Shown here piece by piece: positions 7,442 through 15,949 of a stretch of DNA of 32,000 nt. How positions within the stretch are numbered: the first letter of the stretch is position 1; each line of letters begins with the position of its first letter. The DNA is from Mycobacterium tuberculosis H37Rv (GTDB taxonomy: Bacteria; Actinomycetota; Actinomycetes; Mycobacteriales; Mycobacteriaceae): contig NC_000962.3 of NCBI RefSeq assembly GCF_000195955.2, positions 390,001 through 422,000 on the forward strand. Reading direction: 5' to 3'. The notes beneath the pieces are model-generated. The model was given only the letters and a program-made list of their open reading frames with translations, was not told the origin of the DNA and made no database searches. Position numbers and translations under genes: made by a program.

Positions 7442-8227
7442 TTGCGCAAGCCTGCTAGTAGCCTCGCCAAGGTGGACTACTCGTCGGCATACCTGGAGCA
7501 GACCCACGCCTTCGGCGAACTGATCCGCAACGTCGATCAATCCACCCCGGTGCCGACCTGCCCGGGCTGGAGCCTGGGTCAACTATTCCGCCACGTCGGG
7601 CGCGGGGACCGCTGGGCGGCGCAGATTGTCCGCGATCGACTCGACCATTTCCTCGATCCACGCAGCGTCGAGGGCGGTAAGCCACCGCCGGACCCCGACG
7701 ACGCGATCTCCTGGCTGTACGGCGGGGCGCGGCTGCTGGTCGACGCTGTGGAACAAACGGGTGTGGAAACGCCGGTGTGGACCTTCCTCGGACCGCGCCC
7801 GGCGGGCTGGTGGGTTCGGCGGCGGCTACACGAGGTCGCAGTGCACCGCGCCGACGTGGCGATCACCGTCGGGGGCGAATTCACACTGGAACCGAACGTG
7901 GCAGCCGACGGGATCAGCGAATTCCTGGAGCGCATAGCGGTCCAGGCCGGCAGCGGCGGCACGCCATTACCGCTCGAAGACGACGACACCTTACATCTGC
8001 ACGCCACCGATCCGGGGCTTCTTGAAGCCGGCGAATGGACGGTTCGTCGCGACGAGCGCGGCGTCACCTGGTCGCATCGGCACGGAAAGGGTGCCGTGGC
8101 ACTGCGTGGCGGCGCCACCGAGCTGCTGCTGGCGATGGTGCGCCGACTCTCGGTTGCCGACACCGGCATCGAGCTGTTGGGGGATGCCGGGGTATGGCAA
8201 AAATGGCTGGATCGCACGCCGCTGTAG
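7442..8227 (+). CDS. DinB/mycothiol-dependent maleylpyruvate isomerase N-terminal-domain family protein (Rv0332-like, 261 aa)
   Basis: PTCPGWSLGQLFRHVGRGDRWAA ... RRRLHEVAVHRADV fits the MDMPI_N/DinB metal-binding helix-bundle pattern. The start (TTG 7442) is uncertain; GTG 7472 is an alternative. Confidence 0.7.
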   Translation: MRKPASSLAKVDYSSAYLEQTHAFGELIRNVDQSTPVPTCPGWSLGQLFRHVGRGDRWAAQIVRDRLDHFLDPRSVEGGKPPPDPDDAISWLYGGARLLVDAVEQTGVETPVWTFLGPRPAGWWVRRRLHEVAVHRADVAITVGGEFTLEPNVAADGISEFLERIAVQAGSGGTPLPLEDDDTLHLHATDPGLLEAGEWTVRRDERGVTWSHRHGKGAVALRGGATELLLAMVRRLSVADTGIELLGDAGVWQKWLDRTPL

Positions 8228-8253
8228 CCGCCGCACACGGTAACTTTCAGACC

Positions 8254-8628
8254 ATGACCACATCGGAGATCGCTACCGTGCTGGCCTGGCACGACGCCCT
8301 CAATGCCGCCGACATTGAGACCCTCGTGGCGTTGTCTACTGACGACATCGACATCGGTGACGCGCACGGGGCTGTACAGGGCCACGATGCGCTGCGCGGG
8401 TGGGCCAGCTCGCTCACCACAACCGCAGAACTTGGCCGCATGTACGTGCACCACGGAGTCGTGGTCGTCGAACAAAAGATCACCAGCGGCGAAGATCCGG
8501 GCATCGCCAGGACCGGCGCCGCGGCGTTCCGTGTGGTCCAAGACCACGTCGCATCGGTTTTCCGGCACGAAGACTTGGCGTCGGCGCTGGCGGCCACCGA
8601 ACTCACCGAGGACGATTTGGTCGATTGA
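8254..8628 (+). CDS. Small NTF2/SnoaL-like fold protein (Rv0333-like, 124 aa)
   Basis: ORF 8035..8628. Start taken at ATG 8254 (MTTSEIATVLAWHDALNAADIETLVALSTDDIDIGD), which has the typical SnoaL_2/NTF2-like opening. The upstream part of the ORF is Arg-rich and overlaps the Rv0332 end. Confidence 0.7.
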   Translation: MTTSEIATVLAWHDALNAADIETLVALSTDDIDIGDAHGAVQGHDALRGWASSLTTTAELGRMYVHHGVVVVEQKITSGEDPGIARTGAAAFRVVQDHVASVFRHEDLASALAATELTEDDLVD

Positions 8629-8657
8629 GGTCGGCGAACGGCAGTTAGGAGCCAGTT

Positions 8658-9524
8658 ATGCGCGGGATCATCTTGGCCGGCGGTTCGGGCACCCGGCTGT
8701 ACCCGATCACCATGGGGATCAGCAAGCAGCTGCTGCCGGTCTACGACAAACCGATGATCTACTACCCGCTCACCACGCTGATGATGGCTGGGATCCGAGA
8801 CATTCAGTTGATCACCACCCCGCATGACGCGCCCGGCTTTCATCGACTCCTGGGCGACGGCGCGCACTTGGGAGTGAACATCAGCTACGCCACCCAGGAT
8901 CAGCCTGACGGTCTGGCGCAGGCGTTCGTCATTGGCGCCAACCACATCGGCGCCGATTCGGTGGCATTGGTGTTGGGGGACAACATCTTCTACGGCCCAG
9001 GTCTGGGGACCAGCCTGAAGCGCTTCCAATCCATCAGTGGTGGAGCAATTTTCGCCTATTGGGTAGCCAACCCGTCGGCCTATGGTGTCGTTGAGTTCGG
9101 CGCCGAGGGCATGGCGCTGTCTCTGGAGGAGAAGCCGGTGACCCCGAAGTCGAATTACGCGGTGCCGGGCCTGTATTTCTATGACAACGATGTGATCGAA
9201 ATCGCCAGGGGTTTAAAGAAATCAGCGCGCGGGGAGTACGAGATCACCGAGGTCAACCAGGTCTACCTCAATCAGGGTAGGTTGGCGGTCGAGGTGCTGG
9301 CCCGCGGGACAGCGTGGCTGGACACCGGGACATTCGACTCGCTGCTGGACGCCGCCGATTTCGTCCGGACCCTGGAGCGTCGGCAGGGCCTGAAGGTCAG
9401 CATCCCCGAAGAAGTGGCGTGGCGCATGGGCTGGATCGACGACGAGCAGCTGGTGCAGCGAGCCCGTGCTCTGGTCAAGTCCGGATATGGTAACTACCTG
9501 CTGGAGTTGTTGGAGCGCAACTGA
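8658..9524 (+). CDS. rmlA: Glucose-1-phosphate thymidylyltransferase (288 aa)
   Basis: [18 protein letters not shown]...[17 protein letters not shown]...PDGLAQAF...LGDNIF is the canonical RmlA sequence. AGGAG Shine-Dalgarno at about 8647. Confidence 0.95.
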   Translation: MRGIILAGGSGTRLYPITMGISKQLLPVYDKPMIYYPLTTLMMAGIRDIQLITTPHDAPGFHRLLGDGAHLGVNISYATQDQPDGLAQAFVIGANHIGADSVALVLGDNIFYGPGLGTSLKRFQSISGGAIFAYWVANPSAYGVVEFGAEGMALSLEEKPVTPKSNYAVPGLYFYDNDVIEIARGLKKSARGEYEITEVNQVYLNQGRLAVEVLARGTAWLDTGTFDSLLDAADFVRTLERRQGLKVSIPEEVAWRMGWIDDEQLVQRARALVKSGYGNYLLELLERN

Positions 9525-9534
9525 TTTCGGCGGG

Positions 9535-10050
9535 TTATTGTCGGTGATTATGGAACCCCCTGGTAGCCCGTCCTGGATGAGCAGCCCACCGGACCAGCCA
9601 TTGCCGAACAGCCCGCCGTTGGCGCCGTTGGCGATCAGCGGGCCCCAACAGCGCCTGGGTCGGCGCATCGGCGGTGGTCTCGGCGCTGGCACACGAGCCC
9701 GCACCCACGTTCAGGTTCTGTGCAAACTGGCCATGGAACGCCGCCGCCTGATTGTTGAGGGAGTGATGCCGCCGACCGTGTGCGGAAATCAGTGCCGCGA
9801 CGGCCGCCGACACCTCGTCTTCGGCCGCCGCCAGCACGCGGGTCTTGTGGCGCTTCGGCGGGAAGTTGCTGATCCGAGATGCTGGCGGCTGGTTTCCTTG
9901 TGGTGGCCTGGGCCGGGTGGTGGCGCACAGTGGGCCCGGTGGGGTCGCGGCCGGCCGGGCAAGAACGCTGCGCCCTGGCCGGGCCATGAGCGGAGCCGGC
10001 AAGCTCGACGGCGCCCGGCATGCGCGGTGCAAGAACCCCATGGACCGCAC
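9535..10050 (-). CDS. PE6: Atypical/decayed PE-family protein (PE6-like, 171 aa)
   Basis: Only the central part is PE-like: [21 protein letters not shown]...[23 protein letters not shown]...APTQALLGP. The N-terminal MSF...PE region is unrecognisable. The expected PGRS linker continues in another frame (see findings). Confidence 0.7.
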
Positions 10051-10191
10051 CGAGTGCCGTGCTCGCCCTCGGCGGCTACCGAGCCGGTGTCTCCCTAGTC
10101 ATCCACGTTATCCACAGCGCCTTGGGTTACCGGGCGCCGGTCGGGTAGCGATGGTAGTATCGAAAGTATGTTCGATCAGGTGCGGGGGCGC

Positions 10192-11703
10192 ATGCCTTCA
10201 CCGGAGGCGATCGCTCATTTTGATGAGCGGTTTGAATGCCATGCTCCGCGGACCACGAGGGTGTCGGCGGCGTTCATCGATCGGATCTGCTCGGCGACTC
10301 GGGCCGAAAACCGGGCCGCTGCGGCGCAGTTGGTGGCGTTGGGGGAGTTGTTCGCCTATCGGTGGTCGCGTTGCGGGGGCCGCGAGGAGTGGGTGATGGA
10401 CACCATGGCGGCGGTGGCCGCCGAGGTGGCGGCGGCGTTGCGGATCAGTCAGGGTCTGGCGGCCAGCCGGTTGCGGTATGCGCGGGCGATGCGTGAGCGG
10501 CTGCCTAAGACGGCTGAGGTGTTTAGCGCCGGCGACATCGGCTATCTGATGTTTGCCACGATTGTGTATCGCACCGACTTGATCGTTGACCCTGATGTTT
10601 TGGCGGCGGTGGATGCGCAGTTGGCCGCCAATGTGGCGCGTTGGCCCTCGATGACCAAGGCCCGCCTGGCTGGGCAGGTCGATAAGATCGTGGCGCGTGC
10701 CGATGCCGATGCGGTGCGGCGGCGCAAGGAGTATCAGGCCCAGCGCCAGTTCTGGGTCGGGGAAAGCCAAGACGGTGTGTGCCAGATCGGTGGCAGCCTG
10801 TTGGCCGTCGACGCACACGCCCTCGATGCGCGGTTGAGCGCGTTGGCGGGCACCGTGTGTGAGCACGATCCGCGCAGCCGTGAGCAGCGCCGCGCGGACG
10901 CGTTGGGGGCGTTGGCGGGCGGGGCCGATCGGCTGGGCTGTGGCTGTGGGCGCGCTGATTGTGCGGCCGGGAAGCGGCCTGCGGCCCCGCCGGTGGTGAT
11001 TCACCTGATCGCCGAGGCGGCCACGATCAATGGCACGGGCTCGGCGCCGGCATCGCAGATGAACGCCGACGGGCTGATCACCGCCGAACTGGTGGCCGAG
11101 CTGGCCAAGACGGCCACGCTGGTGCCGCTGGTTCATCCCGGCGATGCGCCGCCCGAGCCGGGGTATGCGCCGTCGAAAGCGCTCGCCGATTTCGTTCGCT
11201 GCCGGGATCTGACGTGTCGCTGGCCCGGCTGTGATGAGCCCGCCACCAATTGCGACCTGGATCATACGATCCCGTATGCCGCTGGTGGGCCCACCCATGC
11301 GTCGAACCTGAAATGTTACTGCCGTACCCATCACCTGGTGAAAACGTTTTGGGGATGGCGTGATCAACAGCTACCCGACGGCACCCTGATTTTGACCTCC
11401 CCGTCCGGGCATACCTATGTCAGCACCCCGGGCAGTGCGCTGCTGTTCCCCAGCTTGTGCCACTTCAGCGGCGGCATCCCGGCACCGGAAGCCGACCCAC
11501 CCTACGACCATTGCGACCAGCGCACAGCGATGATGCCCAAACGCCGGCGCACCCGCGCCCAAGACCGGGCCTATCGCATCGCCACCGAACGTCGACAAAA
11601 CCACGCCGCCCGCCAGCGCGCCCAGGTGCTCACCCAGACCGCCGCGGCCACCGACACCCACGGCCCACCACCGGATCCCAACGACGACCCACCGCCGTTT
11701 TGA
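10192..11703 (+). CDS. REP13E12-family protein: DUF222 N-terminal region plus HNH endonuclease domain (Rv0336-like, 503 aa)
   Basis: C-terminal HNH motif CRWPGCDEPATNCDLDHTIPYAAGGPTHASNLKCYCRTHHLVKT. The ORF opens at ATG 10168 and ATG 10192 is the second Met, so start choice is uncertain. I recognise the protein as the M. tuberculosis 13E12 repeat family. Confidence 0.85.
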   Translation: MPSPEAIAHFDERFECHAPRTTRVSAAFIDRICSATRAENRAAAAQLVALGELFAYRWSRCGGREEWVMDTMAAVAAEVAAALRISQGLAASRLRYARAMRERLPKTAEVFSAGDIGYLMFATIVYRTDLIVDPDVLAAVDAQLAANVARWPSMTKARLAGQVDKIVARADADAVRRRKEYQAQRQFWVGESQDGVCQIGGSLLAVDAHALDARLSALAGTVCEHDPRSREQRRADALGALAGGADRLGCGCGRADCAAGKRPAAPPVVIHLIAEAATINGTGSAPASQMNADGLITAELVAELAKTATLVPLVHPGDAPPEPGYAPSKALADFVRCRDLTCRWPGCDEPATNCDLDHTIPYAAGGPTHASNLKCYCRTHHLVKTFWGWRDQQLPDGTLILTSPSGHTYVSTPGSALLFPSLCHFSGGIPAPEADPPYDHCDQRTAMMPKRRRTRAQDRAYRIATERRQNHAARQRAQVLTQTAAATDTHGPPPDPNDDPPPF

Positions 11704-11872
11704 TGTGGAACGGCCTGTCAAGTGGCCGATTAGTGCTTGTTGCCTCGGGGTTGTTTGGGGTTTCTGGCTTTGATCCGATGACGGGACCCTGCGGCGCTCC
11801 CTCGACGCCGCCGCGCCGGCTTAAGGGCGCCCGGCCGCGCTGCCACCCCCAGGGCATCACGTGCGTCGGCTG

Positions 11873-13162
11873 CTATTGCCGGTAACTGACCAGGAAGTTA
11901 CCCAGCCGCTCGATGGCGGCCGCCAGATCGCGGGACCATGGCAGCGTCACCAGGCGCAGATGATCCGGTGCGGGCCAGTTGAACCCGGTGCCCTGGGTGA
12001 CCAGGATCTTCTCCGACAGCAGCAGATCGAGCACGAGTTGCTCGTCGTCGTCGATGTCGTAGACCTCGGGGTCTAGCCGGGGAAACGCATACAGCGCGCC
12101 CGCCGGTTTGACGCACGACACCCCCGGGATCTCGTTGAGCTTGGTCCAGGCGATGTCGCGCTGCTCGAGCAGCCGGCCGCCGGGCAGCACCAGGTCCTCG
12201 ATGCTCTGATGGCCGCCCAGTGCAACCTGAATGGCATGCTGGGCCGGGACATTTGGGCACAACCGCATATTGGCCAGCAGGCCGATGCCCTCGATGAAGC
12301 TGCTGGCGTGCTCCTTGGGTCCGGTGATCGCCAGCCAGCCGGCCCGGTATCCGGCGACGCGGTAGGCCTTCGACAGCCCATTGAAGGTCAGGCACAACAT
12401 ATCCGGGGCGATCGATGCCAGGCTGATGTGCTTGGCGTCGTCGTAGAGGATTTTGTCGTAGATTTCGTCCGCCAACAGCAGCAGTTGATGCTTGCGGGCC
12501 AGATCGACCATCTGGGTGAGGATTTCGCAGCTGTACACCGCGCCGGTTGGGTTGTTGGGGTTGATCACGACCAGCGCCTTGGTGCGCTCGGTGATCTTGG
12601 ATTCCAGGTCGGCGATATCGGGCTGCCAGCCTTGGGTCTCATCGCACAGGTAGTGGACCGGAGTGCCGCCAGCCAGCGAGGTCGACGCCGTCCACAGCGG
12701 GTAGTCCGGTGATGGAATCAGCACCTGATCGCCGTTGTCCAGCAGGGCTTGCAGCGTCATCGTGATCAGCTCGGAGACCCCGTTACCCAGGTAGACGTCG
12801 TCCACGTCGAATCGGGGAAATCCGGGCACCAGCTCGTAGCGCGTGACCACCGCACGCCGGGCCGACAGGATGCCCTGCGAGTCGGAGTACCCCTGCGCGT
12901 AGGGCAGCGCCTGGATGATATCGCGCATGATCACGTCGGGTGCTTCGAAGCCGAACGGCGCCGGGTTGCCGATGTTGAGTTTGAGGATGCGGTGACCTTC
13001 GGCTTCGAGCCGCGCGGCGTGCTGGTGCACCGGGCCGCGGATCTCGTACAGGACGTCCTGCAGCTTGGCCGACTGAGCGAAGGCGCGCTGCCGCTGATGG
13101 CTGGCGGTGTGCCAGGGCAGCTGGTGGGTTGTCACGTCCACAATGGTGCCATCGTTGTCCAC
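11873..13162 (-). CDS. aspC: Class I/II PLP-dependent aminotransferase, AlaA-like (annotated aspC, 429 aa)
   Basis: GTG start. YEIRGPVHQHAARLEAEGHRILKLNIGNPAPFGFEAPD closely follows the E. coli AlaA-type N-terminus. PLP-lysine region FNGLSKAYRVAGYRAGW. Confidence 0.92.
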   Translation of the reverse strand: MDNDGTIVDVTTHQLPWHTASHQRQRAFAQSAKLQDVLYEIRGPVHQHAARLEAEGHRILKLNIGNPAPFGFEAPDVIMRDIIQALPYAQGYSDSQGILSARRAVVTRYELVPGFPRFDVDDVYLGNGVSELITMTLQALLDNGDQVLIPSPDYPLWTASTSLAGGTPVHYLCDETQGWQPDIADLESKITERTKALVVINPNNPTGAVYSCEILTQMVDLARKHQLLLLADEIYDKILYDDAKHISLASIAPDMLCLTFNGLSKAYRVAGYRAGWLAITGPKEHASSFIEGIGLLANMRLCPNVPAQHAIQVALGGHQSIEDLVLPGGRLLEQRDIAWTKLNEIPGVSCVKPAGALYAFPRLDPEVYDIDDDEQLVLDLLLSEKILVTQGTGFNWPAPDHLRLVTLPWSRDLAAAIERLGNFLVSYRQ

Positions 13163-13192
13163 TGGAATTTGCTGTCAGGTGCCAAATCGTGA

Positions 13193-15841
13193 TCAGCGTT
13201 TGCCCGGTGGACGGGCCCCGCGCGCAATGCCCAGCCCTTTCACCGGCGCGGCCGGTGCAGCCGGATCACCGTCGGTTTGCGGCTTTGGCGGTGCGGCGGG
13301 CTCCGGTTGCGGCTTTGCTTCGGGTTGCGGCTGGGCTGCTGGCTCGGCGAGCCCAGGAGCCGGGGGAGGTGTCTTTTTCGCCCCGGGCCGCTTGGCGCCG
13401 GCGGCAATACCCAGCCCTTTAACGGGCGCGGCGGGCGCAGCCGGGGCCGCGGGCGTTGGGGCCGCTTTCTTGGCGCCAGGCCGCTTGGCGCCGGCGGCCA
13501 TGCCGAGGCCTTTCACGGGTGCTGCGGGAGCGGCCGGCGCTGGCGCCTGTGGTGCCTCGGCGGGTGCCTCCACGGGCGTCACCGGTGCGGCAGCCTTAGG
13601 AGCGGCTTTCGGGGCGCGCTCCTGAGCCTGTTTGGCGGCCGTACCCTTGGCCGGCAGCTGCGCCTTGTCGTGGTCTAGTGATCCGAGTAGCACCTGGGCC
13701 ACGTCGAGCACCTCGACGCCGCTGCGGCCGGCTTCTTCCTGCCGATCGTTCACACCGTCGGTGACCATCACCCGGCAGAATGGGCACGCGGTGGCGATTG
13801 CGGTGGCATCGGTGGCCAGCGCCTCATCGACGCGTTCATGGTTGATCCGCTTGCCGATGTGTTCTTCCATCCACATGCGGGCGCCGCCTGCGCCGCAACA
13901 AAAGCTGCGGTCGGCATGGCGCGGCATCTCGGTCAGGCTGGCCCCCGCGGCACCGATCAGCTCCCGTGGTGCCTCGTAGGCCTTGTTGTGCCGACCCAGG
14001 TAGCACGGGTCGTGGTAGGTGATGTCCTGAGAAACCGGAGTGACAGGGACCAGCCTCTTGTCGCGCACCAACCGATTGAGCAGCTGGGTGTGGTGCAGCA
14101 CGGTGTAGTTGGCGCCCAGCTGCCGATATTCCTTGCCGATGGTGTTGAAGCAGTGCGGGCAGGTGACAACGATCTTGCGGTCGACGGTCTCCACACCCTC
14201 GAACAAACCGTCCAGGGTCTCGACGGCCTGTTGTGCCAGCTGCTGGAAGAGGAACTCGTTGCCGGAGCGGCGCGCCGAGTCGCCGTTGCAGGTTTCCCCA
14301 GCGCCCAGCACCAAGTATTTCACCCTGGCGACGGCGAGCAGCTCGGCGACGGCCTTGGTGGTCTTCTTGGCCTTGTCGTCGTAGGCGCCCGCACAACCCA
14401 CCCAGAACAGGTACTCGTAGCCGTCGAAGCTGTCGACGTCCTGGCCGTACACGGGGACGTCGAAGTCAACCTCGTCGATCCAGTTGGTGCGATCTGAGGC
14501 GTTCTGACCCCACGGGTTGCCCTTGGTCTCCAGGTTCTTGAACAGCACCGACAGCTCGGAGGGGAACTCCGACTCCATCATCACCTGGTAGCGGCGCATA
14601 TCGACGATGTGATCGACATGTTCGATATCCACCGGGCACTGCTCGACGCAGGCACCACAGGTCACACATGACCACAAGACGTCGGGATCGATAACGCCAC
14701 CCTGTTCCTCGGTGCCGACCAGCGGGCGAGTCGCCTGCTCCGGTCCATGCCCGGGCACTCGACCGAACCCCGATTCCGGCACGTGATGATGCTCTTGGTG
14801 ACCGGCCTCGCCGCCCGCGCTGGCATCCTTTTGGCCCAGGATGTAGGGCGCCTTGGCCATCCAATGGTCGCGCAGGTCCATGATGACCAGCTTGGGCGAC
14901 AACGGTTTGCCGGTGTTCCAGGCCGGGCATTGCGACTGACAGCGTCCGCACTCGGTGCAGGTAGCGAAGTCGAGCATCCCCTTCCAGGTGAAGTCTTCGA
15001 TCTTGCCGCGGCCGAATACGGCATCCTCGCTGGGATTCTCGAAGTCGATTGGTTTGCCATCGGCTTCGAGCGGCAACAGCGGGCCCAGCCCATCCGGCAG
15101 CCGTTTGAACGTGACGTTAATGGGCGCCAGGAAGATGTGCAGGTGCTTGGAATGCAAAACGAGGATCAGGAACGCAAGCATGACCCCGATGTGCAGCAAC
15201 AGCGCTGTGGTTTCGATGATTTCGTTGGCGGGCTGCCCGAGGGGGCGAAGAATCGCGCCGAATAGCTGCGATAGGAAGGCCCCGTTGCCGTAGGGCAGGG
15301 TGCCGTTGTTGACCGCTGAGCCGCGGACCAACACGTAGGTCCAGATGACGTTGAAGATCATCAACAGGACGAGCCACGCGCCGCCGTTGTGCGATCCGTA
15401 GAACCGGGAGCTCCGACCGATCTCGCGGGGGTTGCGCAGGATACGGATGATGGCGAAGGTCGTGATACCGAGAAAGACGGCGGTGGCAAAGAAGTCCTGC
15501 AGGAAGCCCAACGCGTCCCACCGGCCGATGACCGGGATGTGGAATCTCTCCTCGAACAGCAGGCCGTAAGCCTCGATATAGACGGTGAGCAGGATGAAGA
15601 AGCCCCACATGGTGAAAAAGTGCGCCAGGCCCGGGATCGACCATTTCAACAGTCGGCGCTGCCCTAGAACCTCGGAGATCTGGGTCCAGATGCGGGTGCC
15701 GAGGTTGTCGGTTCGCCCGCTGGCCGGCTGCCCGGACATGACCAGCTTGTAAAGCCACCAGACTCGCCGCAGAGCGAACACCCCCACCACCGCGGTCATG
15801 CTCATGCCCAGTATCAGCCTGATGAGCGTTTGCGTGGTCAC
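13193..15841 (-). CDS. Membrane-anchored iron-sulfur oxidoreductase: N-terminal TM domain, 2x[4Fe-4S] ferredoxin motifs, HdrD-like CCG domains and a Pro/Ala/Lys-rich repeat tail (Rv0338c-like, 882 aa)
   Basis: Hydrophobic N-terminal third. CTECGRCQSQCP and CVTCGACVEQCP cluster motifs. CCG-type Cys motifs VTCPHCFN, HDPCYLGRH, FCCGAGG and ACPFCRVM. As I recall this protein has been called IspQ in a drug-target study. It lies 30 nt upstream of aspC on the same strand. Confidence 0.92.
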   Translation of the reverse strand: MTTQTLIRLILGMSMTAVVGVFALRRVWWLYKLVMSGQPASGRTDNLGTRIWTQISEVLGQRRLLKWSIPGLAHFFTMWGFFILLTVYIEAYGLLFEERFHIPVIGRWDALGFLQDFFATAVFLGITTFAIIRILRNPREIGRSSRFYGSHNGGAWLVLLMIFNVIWTYVLVRGSAVNNGTLPYGNGAFLSQLFGAILRPLGQPANEIIETTALLLHIGVMLAFLILVLHSKHLHIFLAPINVTFKRLPDGLGPLLPLEADGKPIDFENPSEDAVFGRGKIEDFTWKGMLDFATCTECGRCQSQCPAWNTGKPLSPKLVIMDLRDHWMAKAPYILGQKDASAGGEAGHQEHHHVPESGFGRVPGHGPEQATRPLVGTEEQGGVIDPDVLWSCVTCGACVEQCPVDIEHVDHIVDMRRYQVMMESEFPSELSVLFKNLETKGNPWGQNASDRTNWIDEVDFDVPVYGQDVDSFDGYEYLFWVGCAGAYDDKAKKTTKAVAELLAVARVKYLVLGAGETCNGDSARRSGNEFLFQQLAQQAVETLDGLFEGVETVDRKIVVTCPHCFNTIGKEYRQLGANYTVLHHTQLLNRLVRDKRLVPVTPVSQDITYHDPCYLGRHNKAYEAPRELIGAAGASLTEMPRHADRSFCCGAGGARMWMEEHIGKRINHERVDEALATDATAIATACPFCRVMVTDGVNDRQEEAGRSGVEVLDVAQVLLGSLDHDKAQLPAKGTAAKQAQERAPKAAPKAAAPVTPVEAPAEAPQAPAPAAPAAPVKGLGMAAGAKRPGAKKAAPTPAAPAAPAAPVKGLGIAAGAKRPGAKKTPPPAPGLAEPAAQPQPEAKPQPEPAAPPKPQTDGDPAAPAAPVKGLGIARGARPPGKR
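13196..13540 (-). repeat. In-CDS tandem/interspersed repeat encoding 3 copies of AAPAAPVKGLG(I/M)A(A/R)GA(K/R)(R/P)PG(A)K(K/R)
   Basis: Near-identical DNA segments are seen directly at about 13196-13261, 13373-13450 and 13466-13540. Copies 1 and 2 are 93 nt (31 codons) apart. Confidence 0.8.
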
Positions 15842-15949
15842 GGAAGGTCACCCCAATTCGTAGCACTCAATGGAACCCCTGCATAACCTGCTCATCCTGA
15901 CATCTGTGCGACTTTCGCCGCGAGAAAGGCTGTCCTAACCTACCGGTCG

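Noticed and set aside
9845-10396. 183-aa plus-strand ORF spanning the PE6 5' region and the REP13E12 5' end.
   Set aside because: It is Arg/Gly-rich with no motifs. It overlaps two better-supported features in other frames or strands.
13196-13540. Possible CRISPR array or MIRU-type VNTR, given the regularly spaced repeats.
   Set aside because: The repeats are in frame within a CDS. There are only 3 copies, with unequal spacing (93 nt and then about 170 nt) and no spacer/repeat architecture. No cas genes are nearby.
13107-13625. Gly/Ala-rich plus-strand ORFs (13107..13625 and 13277..13678) that superficially resemble PGRS or IniB-like proteins.
   Set aside because: They are the reverse complement of the Pro/Ala-rich repeat tail of the Fe-S reductase gene, whose frame is continuous with well-conserved CCG/4Fe-4S domains. 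GCC/GGC-rich repeats read as Gly/Ala on the other strand.
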